From: Nemertoderma westbladi | Taxonomy: Eukaryota > Animalia > Xenacoelomorpha | Length of the DNA: 32,247 nt | Assembly (NCBI GenBank): GCA_032718475.1 | Contig: JAUCBJ010000324.1 | Location: 1 to 32,247 of the forward strand | Direction: 5' to 3' | Shown: positions 11,086 through 22,293 of the stretch, one piece after another | Layout of the letters: every line of letters starts with the position of its first letter | How positions within the stretch are numbered: the first letter of the stretch is position 1 | Notes under the pieces: model-generated | The model's database searches: none | What the model saw: the letters and a program-made list of their open reading frames with translations, nothing else | Told to the model about the DNA's origin: nothing | Position numbers and translations under genes: made by a program

Positions 11086-11469
11086 CAAGAATTATTGTTC
11101 ACTGAAGGCCATTTATTCTATTTAATAAATACACGATGTTCTGGAACATTTTGTTAAGTATGAATAGCTACACAATAGTACTATTGGATAGGCATTCTGC
11201 TGTTGCCTACCAACTCATAAAATAAATAACACGTTCTAGAATATTGTGTATTTATTTGATAGAATAAATGGCCTACAGGTTACAGCGAACGATACTTCTT
11301 GTAATCTTTGATCGCCTATATCTCAGTTGTTTCTCAACGAAATTCCGATATTGTTACATATTATGAATCCTTGCAAGGCAAGCTTTCTAATGATATGAAA
11401 ATTGTAGAAAAATCTGGGGGGGGGGGGTCCGTGTCATCAGAAAATGACACTATATTACGGGACATGGTG
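11086..11469. mobile_element. Truncated, internally deleted copy of the 15784-16684 foldback MITE
   Basis: Ends gggtccgtgtcatcagaaaatgacactatattacgggacatggtg|TA as at 16684. Its spacer is the reverse complement of ~16190-16290. About 175 bp of the arm is missing at ~11400. Confidence 0.88.
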
Positions 11470-12002
11470 TACTAAAGTATTATCATGTAGGCATTGCATT
11501 GTTGCCAGGCTACTTATTGCGAAAAATACTCAAATTGCGAAAAATACATAAGGTTAATCTGTTAATAGTACACAGAAAAACGTTTCGCTTTTTTTTTGTC
11601 ACAGTCGCTCAGCACTTAAATCTCCAATAAGTTTAATGTTAGCTTGAGTTTAATAATGCAAGTTAAAAAAATGACAAATTGTTATTAAAATTTAATACAA
11701 ACATTGCATGTTTTTTAGGCCTGCCCTACAATACTAACCACCCTGGACTTTGAACGTGGGTCGTATCGGTTTAACTGACGAAGACGATTCGCCCCAAGTC
11801 CATATACAGTACTGCTGTACTGTACCACCAAAATCTGGAACGAATGGACTTTTGGCGAATAGGTAAAGGGGCGAATCGACTTGCTCCCTGTTGTGCTGAT
11901 CTGTGATAAAGGTTACCGAACCTCCGGTCATCCGAACTGAATTTCCTTAATTTTTTTATGTTGTTTTGCAAGGAAAATTTAATAAAAAACCTATTAACCT
12001 AA

Positions 12003-12464
12003 AGGTTTTTTGCAAAAATATGAAGCGCCGCCGTTTACGCCAAAACTATCTGAATAAATATTATACTCAAGTTGTATCAATAAAAAAACGATTATACTCA
12101 AGTTGTCTTAATAAAAAAAAATAAGGGTACTTACTGACTTAAGATGTATCTAAATTCTCGGCCGAGATTCTCAGCCGAGTTTTTCTCGGCCCTTTTTTTC
12201 GCGGCCGAAAATTTATAATCCTATAAGTTGCAATGCAGGCCTCTATGTATTGTACTGTACACTGTAATTACAAAGACGCTGCCATTTTAAATTTCCCGCC
12301 GTTCAACTTTTATAACCTTCCCGGCCGTTAAAAACTCAGCCGAGAATTAATATAGGCCTACATCTTAAGTATAATAGGCCTATTTTGTATTGATACAACT
12401 TGAGTAGGCCCTATAATATTTATTCAGATAGTTTGGCTTAAAAGGCACTTCATTCAAAAAACCT
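12003..12464. repeat. Degenerate inverted repeat (old foldback/MITE) upstream of the Smad ORF
   Basis: 12003-12191 pairs with 12323-12464 (aactatctgaataaatattata, ctcaagttgtatcaat, acttaagatgta, aattctcgg). Confidence 0.8.
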
Positions 12465-12754
12465 AAACCTATTTTTTTTCGTTAAAAAACGTTTTCCACC
12501 CGACCCCCGCTGTTGACTGTAACGTACAGTTGTCAGGCTGTAGCCTGGTAGAAGACGCGAGGTCTGAGGTCAGAGCTTAGAGGTACTGAGGCAGTGAGGT
12601 GGGTGTGTAATGTAAAGTGTGTCATGTGTCAAAAGATGTGTCATTACCTTTCTACTATCTGCCTCTAACAGCTCAGCCAGTCAGCAGCTAGAACAATTTC
12701 TCTGTCTCAAAACTACCGCCGACCTTACAGCCTTAGGCCTATCCTCCAAATTCG

Positions 12755-13519
12755 ATGGATAGGAATACCGGTAGCGATTTATACGCGAAGCCGACAAACC
12801 ATTCAGTACAACGCCAGTACAACGCCGACACTGGTGAGGATGAGAATCACGCCGCCGATCCGCACCAACTCGACCCATCGATCGAAACCCAAGCCGTTCC
12901 GTACGTGGAGCCCGTCTTCTGGTGCCAAATAGAGTACCACGAGATGGAGAGGCGAGTGGGTGACCCCTGCAAAGTATCGCAGTGTTATCTAACCATCGAC
13001 GGTTACACAGACCCCTGCAGTTCGGATCGCTTCTGTTTGGGGTCGCTAAGCAACGTACACAGATCTAAATCGGTCGAGGCAACGCGAAGTCGTATCGGTA
13101 AAGGAGCTTGTCTCTACTACCTCGGCTCAAAAGTCTACGTGGAAAACCTCACCGAATCTAGCGTATTTGTACAAAGCGCAAACTGTAGTAAAATATTTGG
13201 TTGTATTCCGACAACCGTCTGGAAAATACCGTCTAAATGCAACATGGTTGTCTTCGACATGGAGTTTTTTGCTAAAGACCTCGACAGGGCGGTAAACCTT
13301 GGAGTCGGCGAGGTCCAGAAACTCGCGCAGATGTGTACGATAAGGATGTCCTTCGTGAGGGGTTGGGGTCCGGATTACCCCATTAAGGCGATCACATCGG
13401 CGCCATGTTGGATCGAGATTCATCTCAATGGGCCGTTGCAGTGGCTCGATAATGTACTGGTGCTCATGCCGCAGGAAGGACCTGGTAGCAGTGGAGGTCT
13501 GACGAGGACGGGTGTGTAA
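12755..13519 (+). CDS. Smad-family protein, MH2 domain only (R-Smad/Smad2-3-like backbone), 254 aa
   Basis: EPVFWCQIEYHE..RVG, IDGYTDP..SDRFCLGSLSNVHR, TRSRIGKG..LYY, VFVQS.NC, KIP, MCTIRMSFVRGWG, PCWIEIHLNGPLQWLD align along the whole Smad MH2 with no intron or stop. Confidence 0.92.
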   Translation: MDRNTGSDLYAKPTNHSVQRQYNADTGEDENHAADPHQLDPSIETQAVPYVEPVFWCQIEYHEMERRVGDPCKVSQCYLTIDGYTDPCSSDRFCLGSLSNVHRSKSVEATRSRIGKGACLYYLGSKVYVENLTESSVFVQSANCSKIFGCIPTTVWKIPSKCNMVVFDMEFFAKDLDRAVNLGVGEVQKLAQMCTIRMSFVRGWGPDYPIKAITSAPCWIEIHLNGPLQWLDNVLVLMPQEGPGSSGGLTRTGV

Positions 13520-13726
13520 CTAGGGTTTTGTAACTTAGGTTGCATTAATGCCTTACTGTTACTTTATTTAGTTTTATATTTTTTTGCTACTCTTTTGTCA
13601 TCCGAAATCGACATCAATATTATCTCTGTTTCTAGTTTCTCATTCTGTCATTGATTTGATTCGGGTTATATATGGTTAAACATTTGCTATAAAAGTTTTA
13701 GAGAAAATACTACAGGGTTGCCACTC

Positions 13727-14356
13727 ACCTACTACTACGATCGGCATGCTGCATTGCAGCTGCATTATATATATATATTACATATATATTAAGAATGCTG
13801 TGCCGGCTTGTCGACAAAATTGCGCCACCACAACTCCCTATCACCCATGACATTTGCTAGATCATCCGCATCTTCAAGGCCAGTGTCCTTTAAGATGCGT
13901 CTCAAGAAAGTCATGGGCTGTCCACCATGCTTATTCACTCCATGAGGCTGCCAAAGTACAAGATTATGCACTGGCTGGTCCTCACGGCGAAAGCAATGTC
14001 CTGCAAAGCGGAGGCGGTTCCGTTCAAGTGTCAAGCTAGGGGAGACTAATGGAACACTCAAGGTTGTATAGAGTCTGATTGGAGTATGTTTCATTGTACT
14101 TGACACAATGAACCCGGCGCAGCATTCTTGTGAAAGTGCCATCCAGAGATTTGGTATCCTCTGCAGTTAGAGCCCAGCATGGACTCCCATATAAGTGTAC
14201 TGGTACAAACACTGCCATAAATGATCGAACCTTAAGGTTCCGTTTTATTCCAAATCCTGGACAGACTATTTAACGCTGCCCATGCCTTCCCCTTACGTAT
14301 CCGAAGGCGAAGGTCTTCACCTGACTTTCTGATCCATGATCCCAAGTAGCAGAACA
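13727..14356 (-). mobile_element. 5'-truncated RTE-like non-LTR retrotransposon fragment with 9-bp TSD
   Basis: Frameshifted C-terminal RT-thumb region: YLGSWI..RKGKAWAA, LYGSPCWAL..LDGTFTRMLR, RLRFAGHCFR, DRELW. Short (GTA)n tail at 13727-13738. TTGCCACTC flanks both ends (13718-13726, 14357-14365). Confidence 0.85.
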
Positions 14357-15148
14357 TTGCCACTCTCCTGGAATACCTGGAATAGTCACGGAATTTCATT
14401 TTTTCTTGAAATGTCAGGGAATTCTTGTGAAAAATGGACAAGTCATGAAATATACAGGTCGTAGATTGTGTCATAAGCGAAAATGTGTGAAATTTTCTCT
14501 GCTCGCTTCGCTCGCCATACCATTTTCATCACATAACTAAATATATATATAAATGGTGCACACTGCCACACTATTTGCTTATATATTTGCTTAAGAGAAA
14601 ATTTCACACATTTTCGCTTATGACACAATCTACGACCTGTATATTTCATGACTTGTCCATTTTTCACAAGAATTCCCTGACATTTCAAGAAAAAATGAAA
14701 TTCCGTGACTATGTCTGACTATTCCAGGTATTCCAGGAGAGTGGCAATGTTCTGCTACTTGGGATCATGGATCAGTAAGTCAGGTGAAGACCTTCGGATA
14801 CGTAAGGGGAAGGCATGGGCAGCGTTAAATAGTCTGTCCAGGATTTGGAATAAAACGGAACCTTGAGGTTCGATCATTTATGGCAGTGTTTGTACCAGTA
14901 CACTTACTTATATGGGAGTCCATGCTGGGCTCTAACTGCAGAGGATACCAAATCTCTGGATGGCACTTTCACAAGAATCTGCGCCGGGTTCATTGTGTCA
15001 AGTACAATGAACATACCTCGAATCAGACTCCATATGACGTGTTCCAATAGTCTCCACTAGCTTGATACTTGAACGGAACCGCCTCCGCTTTGCAGGACAT
15101 TGCTTACGCCGTGAGGAATAGTCAGTGCATAATCTTGTGCTTTGGCAG
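13948..15148. repeat. Inverted duplication, ~550-bp arms and 93-bp loop
   Basis: 13948-14500 is the reverse complement of 14594-15148 with scattered substitutions and small indels; the right arm carries a + strand copy of the RTE fragment (14750-15148). Confidence 0.93.
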
Positions 15149-15150
15149 AA

Positions 15151-15497
15151 TTTTATAGAATATATTATATTGGCCGCTTTATCTTATTGATGCGCTTTAT
15201 TATATTACAAAAAAAGTTAAATAGATGGGGTTGAGTCCTTTAATATTAAGATATCGGTTATGTGATGAAATTTTCTCTGCTCGCTTCGCTCGCCTTTCCA
15301 TTTTCATCACATAACTAAATATATATATAAATGGTGCACACTGCCACACTATTTGCTTATTTGTCTGTAATTGTCCTGTTGTGGTAGTTTGCCGATATGT
15401 TAATATTAAAGGACTCAACCCCATCTATGTAACTTTTTTGTAATATAATAAATCGAATGAATAAGATAAAGCGGCCAATATAATATATTCTATAAAA
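15151..15497. repeat. Second inverted repeat, ~106-bp arms; loop repeats the loop of the first
   Basis: 15151-15257 pairs with 15392-15497; 15266-15360 is a direct copy of 14488-14582. Confidence 0.9.
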
Positions 15498-15783
15498 ATG
15501 TAGTGTACCCGCAATCAGGGAATTTTTTCTAAAAGTTTGGGAAAATTGACACTGAAATAGAGTGGCATCTCTACTAATTATGATTATGTTGCTAAATTAA
15601 GGCATTGTGGTGATGTAGTCAGTCATTGAAAGTATTCCAAATCTACATCTAAATACCCCGCGCGGGGTTATTTATTTTATTTAATAAATACATCATAATC
15701 TGACTGAGTGTTATTCATACATCTTATTCTATATTTTTTATGTATTTAATACATGTGGATAGCCACGTAATATTAATAGTATA

Positions 15784-16684
15784 CACCATGTCCCGTAATA
15801 TAGTGTCATTTTCTGATGACACGGACCCCCCACCCCCCAGATTTTTCTACAAATCTTTATCATATTGCTTGAAATTTGAAACACCACTAGTTCCACTCAC
15901 CGTCGATGACCCCATGAAGCCGGAATTTTCGATTTTGCCTTTAAATTTTTTTATAAGCGTTTTAAAAAAGTGTCTTTTGCGAAATCGCACCCTCCGTATC
16001 GTGGCCATTCTTCGCATTAGTCGTAATTTTTTCATATCATTAAAAAGCTTGCGTTGCAAGGATTCCAAATATGTAACAATATCTGAATTTCGTTGAGAAA
16101 CAGCTGAGATATAGGCGTTCAAAGATTGCAAGAATTATTGTTCGCTGCAGGCCATTTATTCTATTTAATAAATACACAAAATTCTAGAATGTGTTATTTA
16201 TTTTATGAGTTGGTTGGCAACAGCGGTATTCCTATCCAATATATCTATTGCCTAGCTATTCATACTTAAACAAAATGTTCCAGAACATCGTGTATTTATT
16301 AAATAGAATAAATGGCCTTCAGCGAACAATACTTCTTGCAATCTTTGAACGCCTATATCTCAGCTGTTTCTCAACGAAATTCAGATATTGTTACATATTT
16401 CGAATCCTTGCAAGGCAAGCTTTTTAATGATATGAAAAAATTACGACTAATGTGAAGAATGGCCACGATACGGAGGGTGCGATTTCGCAAAAGACACTTT
16501 TTAAAACGCTTATAAAAAAATTTAGAAGGCAAAATCGAAAATTCCGGCTTCATGGGGTCATCGACGGTGAGTGGAACTAGTTGTGTTTCAAATTTCAAGC
16601 AATATGATAAAGATTTGTAGAAAAATCTGGGGGGGGGGGGGGTCCGTGTCATCAGAAAATGACACTATATTACGGGACATGGTG
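15784..16684. mobile_element. Complete 901-bp foldback MITE with ~395-bp TIRs and TA target site (Tc1/mariner-type target)
   Basis: TA|CACCATGTCCCGTAATATAGTG .. CACTATATTACGGGACATGGTG|TA; arms 15784-~16178 and ~16289-16684 are near-perfect complements; no coding capacity. Confidence 0.93.
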
Positions 16685-16830
16685 TATAATAGTATTGTTA
16701 TTGTTATATAGATAGATATATATGTTCTAGAATTCTATTCATGTAGATTCAAAATCATGCAACTTTCCAAAGCTCCTTGCCTTGCTCAGCTATTCAGATT
16801 GGGAATACTTCCAACGCAAACTTTCCATCT

Positions 16831-16912
16831 ACTGCACCACTGCAAGTATAAACCACTGCACCACTGCAAGTATAAACCACTGCACCACTGCAAGTATAAA
16901 CCACTGCAAGTA
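16831..16912. repeat. 24-bp tandem repeat, ~3.3 copies
   Basis: Unit actgcaccactgcaagtataaacc. Confidence 0.9.
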
Positions 16913-18396
16913 CCCTCGAAGAATATCTGCAGTACAACTGCTCCAAGGAGAAACCATTTGCGTATTATTCTAACTAAAGATTGAAATTTATTGTCGAATA
17001 AAAGAATAGATGGAATTGATAAATTATATTAATAGATAAAAAATATAATTTCTAACTCACCCAGAAATAAGTATTGAGGCAAAATTATCTCTGTTTAAAA
17101 TTTCTTGGGTTCTCATTGGATTTGGAGGAGGTGGGTGGGAGTTATAAACCAATAGTTTATAACTTATTGCATTGTTTGCATAATATTAATGATATCATCA
17201 TACCTCACAGAGTATACAGATGTGCCATTGTCGCGAAATTATTTTATTTTTGTAACTAATCTGGTGTTGTTCTATCAGTCATTCAATACCAACTAAAATA
17301 GTAAGTGGTTTTTTAATTCACTTCGACATTATTGTAATTTTTCTTTTGCGCTTGTCGCTTGTGCTACTTTATACATATTAAATTAGTTTCATACATGTTT
17401 GATTGAATTAATAGTCTATGTCACATTTAGCGTCTATGTGTGTTTGTAGGTATGTACTAAGTATGTAGGAATATGTAGATTTATCTCGCTCTATACGGCT
17501 CATAGAAATATCCATATTATTGTGCTTAAGTGTTGAAGCTCTATTTTTGAATATTAAATGGCGGTGAAGGCCAACCTTTTCCCCATAACTTCTAACAATA
17601 TTTTTAAATTAATAATGCTTAACGGTCCTACCGGTACAGTACTTTCGCGATACCCTCATATACTTGGGCTCAGCGGTGGGGGGGGGGGGGGGGGGGGGGG
17701 GTCGCTCAACATTCCTCACTGCTGCTCTTATTGTAGTTTATTACGTAAATAAATGTGAATTAATCCATTTAGAAGCTTATCGGCCAAACTGTGTAGCACT
17801 GATAAGTTCGGCCATGAAAGGGAACTCGGAAACAATTGGACTTTTCCAGTCAACGCATTTGTCCTTAGCAACAAGGTTTATCCATAGTAATAAGGTAACT
17901 ATTGAATGGGATTTTCCACAAATTTTGAGAACGTGTAAAATATGTGCGAAACCATACTGTAAGTCAGATATCAAAACCCATATTTTAGATTATTAGACAT
18001 TTAACAAAATTTAGCAAACATTTAAAAGATAAATTTAATTACTAAAAATATACCTACAGTTTTATAAATTTGATCATTAGCACACTCTAGTGGTATGTAA
18101 CTGAATTCGTGATTTATGTTTTAGGGGAAAAAACAATTTTTAAGGGGGCGGGGGGGGGGGGGGGGGGTACACCAATTTCGGACAACTCTTCGATTTATCA
18201 CTCTCAGCGTTTCAAAATTATTTGGTTTGGGCTATAATTTGGAATATGCAGTAGGTATCTACGCTGCTATTCTACATGACAGGTTATGAAAATTTTATTT
18301 TTCGCTGTTTAATATTAGTTAATACTAGTTAACAATAAAAAAAACTTGGCTGCGCTTAAACAGTTTTGAATCCAATCACATTAAATTTTTTTATAT

Positions 18397-19617
18397 GGTC
18401 AATTCCACGGTGTCGGAGGTTACGGACATTCTCGATTTTTGAATGATTTTCTTTAAATTACGAAAATACTTTAATTTTTGACATCAGATTGCGTTGAATA
18501 AATTCGACAATTTATAAATCTTTCAGAATATCGCAAAAATTCTGCATTGGGAAACGTTATTCTTCTTAAACAGTTGACTTTTAAAAAGGTGTCGGACGTT
18601 ACAAAAATAGGACACTTTTTATTGTACATATTTTACTTTTGATTGCAATTAATGCCGAAGACTGGTATGTTATTATTTTTGGGCTCAACATGTAGCTCAA
18701 CTATTCTATTTTTCGAAAAGGTTTTCGAAATTGCACAGCAGATCTTTTGAAGCCAACATTTTTCAATTCAAAGTTGTGCGGAATTGTGTCGGAATTTACA
18801 TAAATAATATTAGCAATATTTAGCCACCTTTGTCGGCTTTATTTTTCGTGTTTGGAATGTACTCTAGATATCATTAGAACCGCCTTCATCTGCAGATTCC
18901 GAATCTGAAAACCATTTTAAATTTCACCAACAATTGCCAAATATATTATCAAAATACTAAGGTGTGAATTTTGAGTCGAAAATCGCAATTACAGTATTGA
19001 AACCTCTTTTTATTTATTTATGCCTTTTACACTACAGTATACACTGCACTTTAGACATTAAATACTAATAGAGTCAGTCAGACGTTACAAACTTCATTCA
19101 CTGAAATCACAGTGTCATTATGGTAGCCTGCATTGCTGTAAATGGCACAAGAGACGCCATCTTACGTCGGCATTGAGTCATTTTAATTTCGATATGGTTT
19201 GCCAAACAATAGAGAAGTAATTGAGAAAAAATGTAAAAAAAAGTGTCGGACGTTACAATTGGATACAATTGGAGTAGCTTTTAATGCTTATTGTATGAGA
19301 AGCGTTCTATGTTTATGGCGTAGAACTACCTCATTGGAATGTGCATTTACGGCTGATTACAATGATACCAAGGATAGCCTACAGTATGTGGATAAACAGT
19401 AAAAAAAATATTTCGCCTTGAATTTTGGTATTTTTTTCGTGTTTTCTTGATGATGGTCGATATACTGGAAAAATTTCCTACTTTATACCCTCAAATCAAT
19501 GTAAATTTTGTCAAATTCGAAAAATTTATGAAATTTTACCCAATAAATCATGACATATTGCTTATTTTTTCAAGTTTTATTTTTTCATATCGTGTCCCAT
19601 TTTCTGTGGAAATGCCC
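18397..19617. mobile_element. Non-autonomous DNA transposon with short TIRs and ATAT TSD (Sola-like)
   Basis: ATAT|GGTCAATTCCAC .. GTGGAAATGCCC|ATAT; internal repeated motif gtgtcggacgttaca near 18410, 18589, 18786, 19076 and 19242. Confidence 0.65.
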
Positions 19618-20967
19618 ATATGATAGATCAAAGATGGGGCAACATAACTATCAGGCGAAATTTTGTGAAAATAATTCTGCACCGCTAGGGGGCGCTGCAA
19701 ATGTATGATAATTTTTAGGTTTGTTATAAATAGTATTTTAATTTTATTAACAAAAAATTTCCAAAAGTTGTCTGATACTTTTATGCAGGGTGACTATGTA
19801 AACACCCACAGAAATTTTCAGACTGATTATTCAAAGGGGTTTGGTAGTAGGGTTTTGAAGTTGACAATTTCATAAAAAAAATATTTGGAGATAATCGACC
19901 TTTCATTATACATAGTAATAGTTCTCCCTTAAATGGAAATTGTTATAACTTGAAAACTAAAAGACCTATTAAATAGCGGTTTTCAGATTTGGAAACACCA
20001 TTTAATCATGCATTATAATAGGTTATAAAAATAATTCTGACATATTTTGGACCAAAATGTTTTCGTCTTACTGAAGACTAAACAATTAATAAAAGTAATT
20101 AATTGGTATTTACACAAGGCGATACCTAATACAGGCCATGACATGGGAGGCCTGAAAAATTATTGGAGGCCGACCTATTATTCCATATTTATCCCTATAT
20201 TTTTAGTTGCTAACGAACTTTATGCTGTTATGAGACCCCCTGACTACTGGACTATCCCGGTGTTAATATAACTGTAGTATCTGAAAGTGCACTGCCAGTC
20301 TGTAGGTACACAGAGGTTGAGAGGTAACACTATCCCAGCTATCTGATAAATTCAAAAAAGTTATGCAATTTACTGCAGTACCGTACTGCTGTACTGTAGC
20401 GTGTAGCTTAGGCCTATTACAGTATTAATTGTTTAGGAATTTTCCTAGTAATAATTTTCACTACCGGCTGACCGGTATCGGTATGCATTGTTTTTTTGTT
20501 TACCGTCCAGCCGTATGATCGGACCGCGTAGGTATAATATTTTACTTATTTCAGTACCGGTATTTTAGTTTAAGTACCGGTAGGCCTACTGAAGTAGGTC
20601 CACAATATCACAATCCTTATCACAATAGTTGATTATATACAGTAGGCCTGTCCTTCCGTACCGGTACTGATGAACTGAAAAAAACATTTTTTGAGGATGA
20701 CAATTCTGATGGGAGTGCTTTCATTATCAGATTATTCCCCGCTCCAATAGATTAGTTGTGTGTTGTTGACGTTGACGCAAGGACTACTGAAGCAAGGACT
20801 GGCACACGGTAAATCCAGACTTCGCTAGCGAAGGCCATGTTGTTTTTGTTACTGTCTGACTGGTATGGTAACCCCCTAAACCGTTCTACAGTTTGAATGA
20901 TAAACATACACTATGTCTATTTCTGGTATAAGTTTGTTGCTTTTTACTGTTTAATTACTGTTCGATG

Positions 20968-22293
20968 GGTAATGGTGAAAAATATCGAGAGTAAAAATAA
21001 CGAGAGTAAAAATATCGAGAGTAAATATAACGAGTGTTGAAAGAAAATTAACGTGATTAAAAATATCAACAAGAGTAAAAATAACGCGAGATGAAAAATA
21101 TCGAAAATAACGAGTGTTGAAAAATATCGAGCGTTGAAAAATATCGAGAGTAAAAATATTGAGTGTTGAAAAATATCGAGTGTTGAAAAATATCGAGTGT
21201 TGAAAAATATCGAGTGTTGAAAAATATCGGGAGTAATAATATCGAGTGTTGAAAAATATCGAGAGTAAAAATATCGAATGTTGAAAAATATCGCGAGTAA
21301 AAATAACGAGTGTTGAAAAATATCGAAGTAAAAGTAACGAGTGTTGAAAAATATCGAGAGTAAAAATATCGAGCTGTCGAGTATCGAAAAATATCGAGAG
21401 TAAAAATACTGCATTTTGGGTGAGCATTTTATTTAAAATTATGGGACAATATTGCACTGCATGAGTTACACAACAGTAGTGCTAAGTGCAGAAGTGCAAA
21501 TAAATGGCATTAATACACCTTGGCTACCCATTTACCAGATTTATTATACTACAGTAGCTATTTTTTGCTATTTTTAAAATAAATATTATAGAAGAAGTGC
21601 TAGCTATCAATTTTGATAAATATTTTTGTTCTAGAACACTTTTTTTAGTTATAGATCACATTTCTAATTTGTTAAATAGCTAGTATTTTCTACTTCTTTT
21701 TATAAATGTTATAGAACACGTGTAACATGTAAGCTACCAATGTTGATAAATATTTTTGTTCTAGAACACATTTTTTTGTACTAGAACATTTTTAGGAAAA
21801 ATTATCATACAACCCTTATTTAAAAAATTTTTTTACCAATACTGCAATAGGCCTATTTGTTAAAATATTAAAATAATTAAAAATCTATATTTTTAAACTC
21901 AATATTTTTTAACACTATACAGCTATATTTTTCAACACTCGATATTTTTCAACACTCGATATTTTTCAACACTCGATATTTTTCAACACTCGATATTTTT
22001 CAACACTCGATATTTTTACTCTCGATATTTTTACTCTCTATACTTTTCAACACTCGATATTTTTCAACACTCGATATTTTTACTCTCGATATTTTTCAAT
22101 ACTCGATATTTTTACTCTCGATATTTTTCAGCACTCGATATTTTTACTCTCGATATTTTTCAACACTCGTTATTTTTACTCTCGTTATTTTTTGAACTCT
22201 CAATATTATCGTTATTTTTCAACACTCGATATTTTTACTCGCGTTATTTTTACTCTCGATATTTTTCATGTCTCGATATTTTTCAACATAACC
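20968..22293. mobile_element. Foldback element whose arms are inverted 15-17-bp minisatellite arrays, 8-bp TSD
   Basis: (ttgaaaaatatcgagtg / gtaaaaatatcgaga)n at ~20975-21410 and the reverse complement at ~21925-22290; ends GGTAATG..CATAACC; flanks GTTCGATG (20960-20967) and GTTTGATG (22294-22301). Confidence 0.8.

Larger units (their letters stand above)
13713..15573. mobile_element. Non-autonomous DNA transposon with CAGGGTTGCCACTC terminus (hAT-like), disrupted by LINE insertion and inverted duplications
   Basis: Left end cagggttgccactc (13713) continues at 14366 (tcctggaatacctggaa..gtcagggaatt); degenerate right end tcagggaattt..agagtggcatctcta (15516-15573). TSD not resolved; superfamily is a guess. 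Confidence 0.6.

Noticed and set aside
12003-13726. Smad ORF captured inside a transposon or a classic processed pseudogene
   Set aside because: Flanking repeats on the two sides are unrelated; no enclosing TIRs or TSD and no poly(A) tail seen.
15740-16652. Near-identical ORFs on opposite strands
   Set aside because: Simply the two arms of the foldback MITE; no transposase motifs.
16757-16984. ORFs with HHCKYKPL / HCTTASIN repeats
   Set aside because: Translations of the 24-bp tandem repeat.
20944-22290. CRISPR-like array or repetitive membrane-protein ORFs
   Set aside because: Units are contiguous with no unique spacers and no cas genes; the ORFs are minisatellite translations.
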